DNA of 64,000 nt. It comes from a bacterium (GTDB lineage Bacteria > Patescibacteriota > Minisyncoccia > Phycocordibacterales > Phycocordibacteraceae). The position numbers and the translations under genes are program-made. The notes beneath the pieces are model-generated. The model was given only the letters and a program-made list of their open reading frames with translations. It was not told where the DNA came from and made no database searches. Positions 24,736 to 32,979 of this stretch are shown piece after piece (position 1 is the stretch's first letter; each line of letters opens with the position of its first letter). The stretch is taken from the NCBI GenBank assembly GCA_021836725.1, contig JAKBHL010000006.1:21136-85135 (forward strand). The letters run 5' to 3'.

Positions 24736-26334
24736 ATGGGTGCTCTTGCGAATTTTGATCTCTTGTCGGTAGGCGTCGCCATCGCGGGCACGCTCGTGCT
24801 CGGGTTCGTCATTTATTTCACCGATCAGAAGAGTGGTACGAATCGCATCTTTTTCGCGTTCGCGTTCGTCACCGCGATATGGGGCTTGCTCAACTATCTC
24901 AGTTATCGCGTCGAGGATCTATCCGTCGCGTTTGCACTCCTACGTTTCGAACTTGCGCTCGCCGTGTGGCAAACGTTCATAATCTTTCGGCTTCTGCTCA
25001 TCTTCCCGGACCGCGACGATGTACTTCCACGGCGCTATCTGCTCGCGCTTGTCGTGTACGCGGGCGTCGTATCCGTGCTGTGCCTCACGCCATTCGTCTT
25101 TGAGCGCATCACTACAGTTACCGCCACGGGGTATATCAAAGACATAGCCGTCGGGCCGGCAATCGCGCTCTTCGGCGTCACGAGTATAGGGTTCGTCCTT
25201 GCAGGGTGGATAGTGTGCGCCCGGAAGACGTTCCGCCTCAGGGGCGCACAGCGTGCGCAAACGGGTTTCTTCCTGCTCGGGGCGATTGCGATGTTCTTGC
25301 CAATCATCATTCTGAACTTCATCTTTCCAGCATTCTTGCGGGATTCGAGATTCGTTCCGTATGGCGCGGTCTCAATATTCCCGTTCGTGCTGTTCACGTC
25401 TTACGCAATCCTGCGTTTCCATTTGTTCAACATCAAGGTCATTACGACGTCCATACTCGTATTCGTGCTTTCCATCGTTTCATTTGGGCAGATTCTTTTC
25501 TCGGGCACACTGCCTGCGATGCTGTTCCAAGCGAGCGTTTTCATGCTCGTGCTCGTATTCGGCATCAACCTGATCAGGAACGTTATCCGGGAAGTGGAGC
25601 AGCGGGAAAAGATACAGAAACTCGCGAAAGAATTGGAGGAGATCAATAAACGGCAGGAAACACTCATCCACTTCATCGGGCACGAGGTGAAGGGGTTCCT
25701 GACCAAGGCTGAGGGCGCATTCGCGTCGCTTACCGACGGTGATTTTGGCCAGTTGCCTGAGGAACTGAAGCCGTTCGTCGAGCGCTCATTCGCCGAGACC
25801 CGGCAAGGCGTTGGTTCGGTCGAGGACATCCTCAAGGCGTCGAACATCAAGAAGGGAACTGTGGCATACGCCAAAGAGCCATTCGATCTGAAAGCGCTCG
25901 TGACAGAAGCGGTCGAGAAGGCAAAGATGGCGGCCGCCCAGAAAGGTCTTGCGCTTACTCTCGTCGCAGACGACGCGTCGTATCAGATGACTGGCGACAG
26001 AGCGCAAATCAACGACCACGTCCTGCGCAACCTCATCGACAACGCTATCAACTACACGCCATCGGGTTCTATCGTGGTCTCGCTCGCGCACGAGAACGGC
26101 AAGGTCGTCTTCGCCGTGAAAGACAGCGGCATCGGCATCACCGACGAGGACAAACAGCGTCTTTTCACCGAGGGCGGCCACGGCAAGGACTCGCAGACGA
26201 TCAACGTGCACTCCACCGGCTACGGTCTCTACATCGCAAAACAGATTACCGAGGCGATGGGCGGCACGATCCGCGCCGAGTCCGAAGGCGCGGGGCGAGG
26301 GTCTACATTCATCGCGGAATTTCCTGCGGGATAG
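24736..26334 (+). CDS. sensor histidine kinase with multi-pass membrane N-terminal domain
   Basis: About 7 TM helices, H-box HFIGHEVKGF, and an HATPase_c C-terminus GYGLYIAKQITEAMGGTIRAESEGAGRGSTF. Confidence 0.8.
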   Translation: MGALANFDLLSVGVAIAGTLVLGFVIYFTDQKSGTNRIFFAFAFVTAIWGLLNYLSYRVEDLSVAFALLRFELALAVWQTFIIFRLLLIFPDRDDVLPRRYLLALVVYAGVVSVLCLTPFVFERITTVTATGYIKDIAVGPAIALFGVTSIGFVLAGWIVCARKTFRLRGAQRAQTGFFLLGAIAMFLPIIILNFIFPAFLRDSRFVPYGAVSIFPFVLFTSYAILRFHLFNIKVITTSILVFVLSIVSFGQILFSGTLPAMLFQASVFMLVLVFGINLIRNVIREVEQREKIQKLAKELEEINKRQETLIHFIGHEVKGFLTKAEGAFASLTDGDFGQLPEELKPFVERSFAETRQGVGSVEDILKASNIKKGTVAYAKEPFDLKALVTEAVEKAKMAAAQKGLALTLVADDASYQMTGDRAQINDHVLRNLIDNAINYTPSGSIVVSLAHENGKVVFAVKDSGIGITDEDKQRLFTEGGHGKDSQTINVHSTGYGLYIAKQITEAMGGTIRAESEGAGRGSTFIAEFPAG

Positions 26335-26362
26335 ATTCAAGAAATATGACATTCGTGATATA

Positions 26363-26599
26363 ATGAGCAGTATGAGAAATATTATGCAATTTCAGATTTC
26401 TGAAAGCGATGGAGGCTATGTCGCCGAGGGTGTAAGCGTGCCTATTGTTACCCAAGGAGAGACTCTTGATGAACTTGCTTCGAATATTCGCGAAGCAGTC
26501 GGGCTCTATGTAGAAGGTGAAAATCTCGCTGAGCTTGGTTTCGCACCGGCGCCTTCAGTGTTGGTAAATTTCGAGCTTCCCGCATCGGTGCATGCCTAA
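26363..26599 (+). CDS. hicB: HicB-family antitoxin (UPF0150)
   Basis: MQFQISESDGGYVAEGVSVPIVTQGETLDELASNIREAVGLYVEG. Overlaps hicA by 8 nt. Confidence 0.65.
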   Translation: MSSMRNIMQFQISESDGGYVAEGVSVPIVTQGETLDELASNIREAVGLYVEGENLAELGFAPAPSVLVNFELPASVHA

Positions 26600-26834
26600 A
26601 CCAAAGAGGCTTTCAGGGCCGGATATTATTCGGATCTTTGAGACGTTTGGTTTTACAATCGAGAACCAGCGAGGGAGTCACATAAAGCTCTCGCGTCTTG
26701 AATCTGACGAGAAACAAGTACTGCTCATCTCGAATCACAAAGAGCTAAAGACGGGAGCGGTCGTGGGGATATTTAAGCAGGCGACGCGATATGTGGCAGA
26801 ATCGGAACTTCGCGGACATTTCTACACTGAGTAA
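26592..26834 (+). CDS. hicA: HicA-family mRNA-interferase toxin
   Basis: IIRIFETFGFTIENQRGSHIKLSR...KELKTGAVVGIFKQA (YcfA/HicA GSH motif). Confidence 0.65.
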   Translation: MPKPKRLSGPDIIRIFETFGFTIENQRGSHIKLSRLESDEKQVLLISNHKELKTGAVVGIFKQATRYVAESELRGHFYTE

Positions 26835-26844
26835 CCCGTATTAA

Positions 26845-26925
26845 AGCGCACGGCGGCACGATCCGCGCCGAGTCCGAAGGGCAGGGGAAAGGTTCCACCT
26901 TCACCACAGAGTTTCCGGAGGTATA
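26845..26925 (+). repeat. degenerate copy of the histidine-kinase 3' end (second of three)
   Basis: Translates to HGGTIRAESEGQGKGSTFTTEFPEV*. Compare the real C-terminus GGTIRAESEGAGRGSTFIAEFPAG* at 26260-26334. Confidence 0.75.
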
Positions 26926-26960
26926 GAATCAACCCCAAAAGGAAACATCCTATCTGCGAT

Positions 26961-27437
26961 CTATGAAAGCGTTCTGTAGAACGACTCCACTTCACTAATG
27001 AGCATATTCTTCAAATAAAAAATCGGTATTTGCAATGATTCACCGGCATTATGCTCCCATTGACTCCCTATGCTTGTCTCCCACAACGGGAGAAAAACTA
27101 ATCCTGATATTTTCCCCGATTTTAAAATCGGATTGTAGAAGAAATCGAGCAGGGGGTAATCATACTCGTGGTGGTCTCTCAAAATATCGTCCAGTCGTTT
27201 TTCATATGAGACTTGATTGAACACAGATATCCCCCTTCTTTTTGCCGCTTGTATCATGGAATGCAAGCAATCTAGATTTTCTGTCACACTTCCGAGACCA
27301 CCTGTCGAAATCGGTCCGCAAAATTGAATGACCGGAGACTTAAGCCTTGATATTTCCAAGAGCGCTTCCTCCACTAGTTCGGTCAGTTCCTTTTTATACT
27401 TGCTTTCTGTATCTTCGCGTGATTTTTGACTATTCAT
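26961..27437 (-). CDS. hypothetical protein (possible nucleoside 2-deoxyribosyltransferase-like / DUF4406-like fold, low confidence)
   Basis: VIQFCGPISTGGLGS resembles the YLAGP-type motif of that fold. AT-rich. Divergent from the CYTH-domain gene. Confidence 0.4.
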   Translation of the reverse strand: MNSQKSREDTESKYKKELTELVEEALLEISRLKSPVIQFCGPISTGGLGSVTENLDCLHSMIQAAKRRGISVFNQVSYEKRLDDILRDHHEYDYPLLDFFYNPILKSGKISGLVFLPLWETSIGSQWEHNAGESLQIPIFYLKNMLISEVESFYRTLS

Positions 27438-27476
27438 AGCATTTACTATATAGTATACATTGTCCTAATAATATAT

Positions 27477-29078
27477 ATGCTTTCGCTCAAAGAACAGCAG
27501 CGTCGGCTCTCCGTTAACGTTATTAATTACTCACTTGAGGGGATGTGGAGTTCTCACCCACTCATTTCAGAACTCAGAAAAAGGGTTTCTGCTTTTCTGC
27601 CTAAAGAAGGGATTTATGACCCTCAGGATCTTGAACATCAAGCGTTATTCAGGCTAACGACGTTCGACCCAAAAGTCATAAATGACGAGCTCATTCAGTT
27701 TGTTGTCCAAGAGCAATACGAGGTGGTGAAGGATCGCCTGAATAAACTCGATTACGATACGGAGTATCTATTCAGAGGGCTTACGGGGAAATACCACGAC
27801 CTTAATGTAAACGACCGCCTCGAACTGCGATGGGAAAATGAACAACTCATCGCCAAAAATGATCGGCGATCGTTTAATGTCGAATTCCGGACCGTGCATG
27901 ACGAAAACATTGTTTCCCTATTTTCTAACGAACTCCACTATATTCACCAGGACCGGCCCAAGGGAGAGACTTTCGGATTTTATTTCGTCGGCGACACTAT
28001 ACCGTGGGCGATAGAGACAACAGAACCTTCTGCGATTGCAAAGCAGTACAAGAGAGATGCTCTGCTTGCAAATGGGATAGATCCGAACAAAGCCATCGAA
28101 CTCACCCGATTCTACACATTGCCGGGCGCACCAGTAAATGCTATCTCACTGATGGACGGATTGGTGGCAAGACACTACAAACAAAAAGGCATTGAAGCGC
28201 TCTATACAACCACCATGCCGATGTACTCGAAAACGAAAGGGACTACAATAGCGGGTGGCGTCAACAAACCATTACTCGTCAAAGATCTGCGACATAAATT
28301 CATCCCGGAAAAAATAGACGGTAGGATATTCTATCGACACGTGACAACAATCCCGGAAGATCACAAAGAAATCGAAGTTATAAAAACACATCCGAATTTC
28401 CCGACCATGCTTGTTGTCGAAGTCTTCCGCACGTTAAATGATCCAGGATTAAAACCGATTCCCATACTCGAAGACAAGTCAAAGGTTATCTATGTCATCC
28501 AAAGAGACGGCGCGAAGCTTGAAGAAGAGGTCAAGCTCGCCGTGCAAGATATCCCGGCGGTACTCGCGAAAATCCGTTCTGTAGCGAAGTATGTCCGGAC
28601 CGAATACGTACGGGATGTGATCTATGGCACGAAAGATGAGAAAAAGAAGATCCGTCTGCGGATACAGGATAACTTCGAGTTCCGTCTCGTCGACGCCACC
28701 TACAAATATCGTGTAGCGGTCGAAGACGGGGTTAAGAAAGAGATTGAAGAGACCCTCTATAAAGGAAACTCTTGCGAAGATGCTCTGAAATTCATCGCTT
28801 CACAAGGCGACTTCGTCGAGGAGAATTCATATGAAAAAATAAGAACCGTCTTCATCAGCCCTCACGGTACCGAGATTACGCTTGATATCTATCCTTATGG
28901 AGCGTGGGTTGAGATTGAGGGCGAAACCCGCAAGATTCATGACGTCGCGAAACAACTCGGCTTTACACAGAAAGATTACATTGACACGGGTGCGGACGAT
29001 CTTTATCTCGCTTGGATAAAGAAATATAATCTCTCCGAGATGTGGGATGTTCGCTTCGGCTTGAGCGGCAATAAATAG
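27477..29078 (+). CDS. large protein with a C-terminal CYTH-like (class IV adenylyl cyclase / triphosphate-tunnel) domain and an unknown N-terminal region of about 380 aa
   Basis: C-terminal RLRIQDNFEFRLVDATYKYRV...ISPHGTEITLDIYPYGAWVEIEGE fits the CYTH beta-barrel pattern (ExE...K...LD.v.glG.fvEiE). Start placed at the ATG downstream of a TATA-rich promoter-like stretch. Confidence 0.5.
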   Translation: MLSLKEQQRRLSVNVINYSLEGMWSSHPLISELRKRVSAFLPKEGIYDPQDLEHQALFRLTTFDPKVINDELIQFVVQEQYEVVKDRLNKLDYDTEYLFRGLTGKYHDLNVNDRLELRWENEQLIAKNDRRSFNVEFRTVHDENIVSLFSNELHYIHQDRPKGETFGFYFVGDTIPWAIETTEPSAIAKQYKRDALLANGIDPNKAIELTRFYTLPGAPVNAISLMDGLVARHYKQKGIEALYTTTMPMYSKTKGTTIAGGVNKPLLVKDLRHKFIPEKIDGRIFYRHVTTIPEDHKEIEVIKTHPNFPTMLVVEVFRTLNDPGLKPIPILEDKSKVIYVIQRDGAKLEEEVKLAVQDIPAVLAKIRSVAKYVRTEYVRDVIYGTKDEKKKIRLRIQDNFEFRLVDATYKYRVAVEDGVKKEIEETLYKGNSCEDALKFIASQGDFVEENSYEKIRTVFISPHGTEITLDIYPYGAWVEIEGETRKIHDVAKQLGFTQKDYIDTGADDLYLAWIKKYNLSEMWDVRFGLSGNK

Positions 29079-29086
29079 CCTTCGCG

Positions 29087-29160
29087 CACGGCGGCACGAT
29101 CCGCGCCGAGTCCGAAGGGCAGGGCAAGGGCTCGACGTTTATCGCAGAATTTCCTGCTTA
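29087..29160 (+). repeat. degenerate copy of the histidine-kinase 3' end (third of three)
   Basis: Translates to AHGGTIRAESEGQGKGSTFIAEFPA*. Confidence 0.75.
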
Positions 29161-29381
29161 ATTAAACCCATTTTGGCTATGAAATTTTAGAAGTAGAGTT
29201 AATAGATCCTGATTTATTCTTTAGATACATACCGATGTAACGAAAGCGGCGTCACAACAAGAGGGTCCGAGGACTTATTTTGACGCCGTAGTTGAGATAC
29301 CCGTTTCGGAACCGGCCCAAAATCCCAATGACTTGAGCGGGCTTTGCGGCAATCCGCAGAATTGACCACGTTTCCTATTCG

Positions 29382-29416
29382 CAAAACACCCGTCGAATGG
29401 CGGGTGTTTTGCTTTT
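29382..29416 (+). terminator. rho-independent terminator
   Basis: ACACCCG-TCGAATGG-CGGGTGTTTTGCTTTT. Confidence 0.6.
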
Positions 29417-29459
29417 AAGCACCTACCAAGCGTGCTGTCCCGGCGTTATACTTTGATGC

Positions 29460-29687
29460 ATGAATCGAGCGAAATATCGTGGTTCCACAGGTCTCACTGT
29501 GCTCATCATTGTGGCGCTTATCGTTCTCGCGTTCATCTTCTTCGGCCCCGGTTCCGGCTCCAGTTCGTCCTCGAGCCCAAGCAGCATTTCGACGTCGACT
29601 CAACAATTGGTAGGCACGAGCACCGTTTCAAAGGCGCTCCAATTTAGTAACTGGCTCGCAAAAGAGTACGCACCGGCCAAGCACTAG
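29460..29687 (+). CDS. small membrane protein with a Ser-rich tail
   Basis: One TM helix (LTVLIIVALIVLAFIFF) then SGSSSSSSPSS. TATACT box upstream. Confidence 0.35.
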   Translation: MNRAKYRGSTGLTVLIIVALIVLAFIFFGPGSGSSSSSSPSSISTSTQQLVGTSTVSKALQFSNWLAKEYAPAKH

Positions 29688-29750
29688 GGAAAGAAGCTAC
29701 TGCCGTAGCAGAGGAGAAAATCATAGGCGCATTGCGATATACTGCCGAGG

Positions 29751-30422
29751 ATGCAAACCGTCCTTATCACCGGTGCGACAAAAGGTATTGGGAAAGCGCT
29801 CGCGCAGAAGTTTCTGCGCGAAGGGTACCGCGTCTTCGCCACTTCGATGGAGGCTTTGGATTACGCGCATGAGGACCTGAAGGTATTTCCTCTTGATCTG
29901 CGTTCGCCAGAGAGCATCGCGGCATGCGCGTCCGAGATCGAGCAGACGCGCATGCCTGTCGACATCCTCATCAACAACGCGGGTGTGCTCCTCGACGAAG
30001 ATGAGACGATGCTCGTTCCGGAAAGGTTGCGCGCGACGCTCGAGGTGAACCTCATCGGAACCGCCGCATTCACCGAGGCGATCCTGCCGTTCGTGAGCGC
30101 GCAGGGAAGCATCGTTATGATCTCTTCGACCGCGGGCTCGCTCGCGCTCGTCGACCACCCCTCCTCCCACTACCCGCGCCACTACCCGGCGTACAAGATC
30201 TCGAAGGCCGCACTCAACATGTACATGCGCACCTTGGCACTGCGCCTCGGTGACACCGGCATCACCGTCTTCTCGGTTCACCCGGGGTGGGTCAGGACGG
30301 ATATGGGCGGCGAAGAGGCGGACCTCGCGCCCGAAGAGGCGGCGGAAGGCCTGTACGAGACGATCATCTCACGCCCGCAAACGGGCGGCTTCTACTTTAA
30401 AAAAGAACGGTTGCCGTGGTAG
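29751..30422 (+). CDS. short-chain dehydrogenase/reductase (SDR)
   Basis: TGATKGIGKA cofactor motif, NNAG, and catalytic YPAYKISK (YxxxK). Confidence 0.85.
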   Translation: MQTVLITGATKGIGKALAQKFLREGYRVFATSMEALDYAHEDLKVFPLDLRSPESIAACASEIEQTRMPVDILINNAGVLLDEDETMLVPERLRATLEVNLIGTAAFTEAILPFVSAQGSIVMISSTAGSLALVDHPSSHYPRHYPAYKISKAALNMYMRTLALRLGDTGITVFSVHPGWVRTDMGGEEADLAPEEAAEGLYETIISRPQTGGFYFKKERLPW

Positions 30423-30573
30423 CAAAATCCATCGGCTTTGCGCTGGTCAACACCGCGCAAGGGCTCTCACTTTTAGAAATGGTTAATTGTCCTACTGGGC
30501 TCCGCCGGATAGAGGATGTTCTAACTCGTGATGTATAAAACAATATCAAGATTTAATGTTATACTGCTGATCT

Positions 30574-30855
30574 ATGCACCAAGTTGACGTAAATTTGCCC
30601 GTGGTCTTTATTGGAGACAATGACAAAGTCGTTGCGTATACTCCTGCCCTTGATATTTCTACCGTAGGGAAAGACGAGACTGAAGCAAAGGCTCGATTTA
30701 GTGAGATGGTAAATATTTTTTTCGCAGATCTCGTAGAAAATAGCACTATTGATGATGTATTGTCTGAGCTTGGTTGGGTTAAAGAGCAGCAAAAGTGGAA
30801 TCCCCCGGCCATTTCTCAACAATCTATAAATGTAAAGATCTCTGCTTTCGCATAG
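30574..30855 (+). CDS. HicB-like (UPF0150) antitoxin-family protein, orphan
   Basis: VVFIGDNDKVVAYTPALDISTVGKDETEAKARFSEMVNIFF. AT-rich. No hicA partner adjacent. Confidence 0.45.
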   Translation: MHQVDVNLPVVFIGDNDKVVAYTPALDISTVGKDETEAKARFSEMVNIFFADLVENSTIDDVLSELGWVKEQQKWNPPAISQQSINVKISAFA

Positions 30856-31060
30856 TCCATACTTTATGGACAAGATCGGGAAAGTTGATTGGAAACGATT
30901 CGAGAAATTTCTTTTCAAAATTTGTTGAGATTATTAAGAGGCTCTAGCTCCGGGAGCAGGACCATGGGTACATTTCTCGAAGCTTACAGCTTCAGTACAC
31001 CTTGCGGATACATTCGTCGCAGACTCCTCAGTATGCTCGCAAGGTCTTCGAGTCCTGCAC

Positions 31061-31096
31061 GGAAGCGCCCCACGCTTCCTTCCCGTCGCAGTAACA
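31061..31096. repeat. 36-bp direct repeat, copy 1 (GGAAGCGCCCCACGCTTCCTTCCCGTCGCAGTAACA), followed by a terminator-like hairpin and CTGCTCC
   Basis: Identical 36-mer at 34287-34322 next to tRNA-Asn. Confidence 0.8.
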
Positions 31097-31369
31097 AAAA
31101 CACCCGAAAGGGTGTTTTTGTTACTGCTCCCTCTCTATATCGCAAATATACCAATCCTGTTGGATGTAAATATGCTTGCAGATCTCACACAGCGAAGACG
31201 GGTGGTGCGGGGCAGGTGAAAACAGGAACCGCTCAAGCAAACGCGGTGTCTGTTCGAGCGGCGGGCGAATCTTCCCGCGAGTTCGACGGAGACGAAGGGA
31301 CAGACGGTAGTGAATATATTCCAAGACAAAAGATAGAGCCGTCCGACAGAGCGAACGGCTCGCAACCTC

Positions 31370-32128
31370 CTAGTGATTTCCGCTGAAGAAGTCATAAATG
31401 GCGTCAGCAAACACTTCATGAGCTTTTGGCGTCTTTATGCCGTAGAGTCTCCTGAAATCGTGATCTGCCCCTGGTATGACGCGCGTGGACACCTGAGCCT
31501 TTCTGGCATGTGTGCAAATCGCAAAAGAAGATTCTCTTGGCACGACTGTGTCCTCGTCGCCATACAGCAAAAACAACTCGCCGACGAAACGACTCGCTGC
31601 GGCAAATATCGCCTCCGAATCCGACATCGTCGAGATAACAGACTGTTTCGAGCGACCCCGGTTCGAAGGCGGCGCACAGAGCGACAACCTCTGTATCTCC
31701 GGGAACTTCGCCGAAGCCATCAGCGCTACCGTACCGCCAATCGACATTCCGTGTACGTACAAGGCTAATTCCAGCGGGTTGATATTGAAACTCCCTTGAG
31801 CGCGATCTTTTACGTATCGGATGACAGCACATAGGTCATTCAACTCTTCGTCGAAGGTCTTACCCGCAAACGCCGCGGCTCGAGTCTCAAAACTGCTTCT
31901 CGGTGGGAACGAGAATGCGCGAGACGAATTGTAGAACACGACATGACTGACACTTCTTTCAATGAGCAAACCACCGAGCGTGCGAACGCCGCACGCATAC
32001 GCCGGGTCAAACACTCCGAATAATTCGTTACAAATAATCGTTACGGCCGGCGTATACCGCTCTGGAGCATACCAATAGACCTCTACCGGTCTTGGGCGGT
32101 ATGCGCCACCCAGCTGCACAATGTCCAT
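31370..32128 (-). CDS. alpha/beta hydrolase (dienelactone-hydrolase-like)
   Basis: Nucleophile elbow HGMSIGG (GxSxG) and C-terminal GADHDF His region. Confidence 0.6.
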   Translation of the reverse strand: MDIVQLGGAYRPRPVEVYWYAPERYTPAVTIICNELFGVFDPAYACGVRTLGGLLIERSVSHVVFYNSSRAFSFPPRSSFETRAAAFAGKTFDEELNDLCAVIRYVKDRAQGSFNINPLELALYVHGMSIGGTVALMASAKFPEIQRLSLCAPPSNRGRSKQSVISTMSDSEAIFAAASRFVGELFLLYGDEDTVVPRESSFAICTHARKAQVSTRVIPGADHDFRRLYGIKTPKAHEVFADAIYDFFSGNH

Positions 32129-32204
32129 AAGATATCACCTCCACAGTGATGAACCCATAGCGGAGGGTATCACTGCCGAAGAGATAGTCAATCAGATTTG
32201 CTCG

Positions 32205-32924
32205 CTATTTTCCCGTCAACGCAAGGAACCTGGCAAGGGGAGCAGCGCGATCGAATGGTCCGCCTCCTCCATCGATAAAAGCCAGGTTGTGGCTCGCCCC
32301 TGCGAATGTGCAAGTAATGAGCACTCGTGCCTGCTGCGCCGCTGCGATAATCTTATCTTGTGAGGATCGCGGGACTACCGCGTCTTTACCGCCACGGACG
32401 AATATAAACGCGCCCGTGAATCCCGCGAGGTTTTTGAGAAGCACTGCTTCTTCTGGAAGAGTTTGCAGGAGCGGCTTCTCAGTCGCGGGGCTCTTACCGC
32501 AACCGCTGCCGATCATGAGTATCGTCTCTGCACGACGTATGAGCTCGGGGACGCCAAGCACAGTTGTACCGCCGAATGAATTGCCGACGATAATCAGCCG
32601 ATCATCTTCCGTACATACGCCAAGCGCAATAAGCTCTGTATACGCCGCGTGCACATCCTCACATTCTTCGGCAAACGTCTTGCCAATAAATGCATCTGCT
32701 CCGTCCGCATCAGGTAAGCGTGCGGTATTTATGCAGACAATCGTATAAGTATCATTCATGTGCTCGGCCAAACCCGCCTCAAGAGAAGCGTTGTCTTGAG
32801 GATTGTGCACACTATAGAGTCCTTTCAGGAAAAGTATGGTGCCCTGCTTTCCCCCTGTTGCCGGGTAGATGAACAACTCAATGAGTAATTGCTTGAAGGA
32901 GGACTGCAGCGTATGCCTGCGCAT
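32205..32924 (-). CDS. alpha/beta hydrolase (paralog of the adjacent gene; start uncertain)
   Basis: GNSFGG nucleophile elbow and GASHNL. The longer ORF to 33152 would overlap the upstream gene by 170 nt. Confidence 0.5.
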   Translation of the reverse strand: MRRHTLQSSFKQLLIELFIYPATGGKQGTILFLKGLYSVHNPQDNASLEAGLAEHMNDTYTIVCINTARLPDADGADAFIGKTFAEECEDVHAAYTELIALGVCTEDDRLIIVGNSFGGTTVLGVPELIRRAETILMIGSGCGKSPATEKPLLQTLPEEAVLLKNLAGFTGAFIFVRGGKDAVVPRSSQDKIIAAAQQARVLITCTFAGASHNLAFIDGGGGPFDRAAPLARFLALTGK

Positions 32925-32979
32925 CGCGCATACTGTATCACAAAAACCCGGCCGATTGCTCGGCCGGGAATCATCCTGC

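Noticed and set aside
26363-26834. Unusual hicB-then-hicA order as a finding in itself
   Set aside because: Both gene orders are known for HicAB-type modules. It is noted only as cargo of the hotspot.
30889-31386. 165-aa plus-strand ORF between the hicB-like gene and the alpha/beta hydrolase
   Set aside because: Low-complexity Ser/Arg-rich translation spanning a direct repeat and a terminator hairpin. It overlaps the 3' end of the convergent hydrolase gene. No RBS. Judged non-coding.
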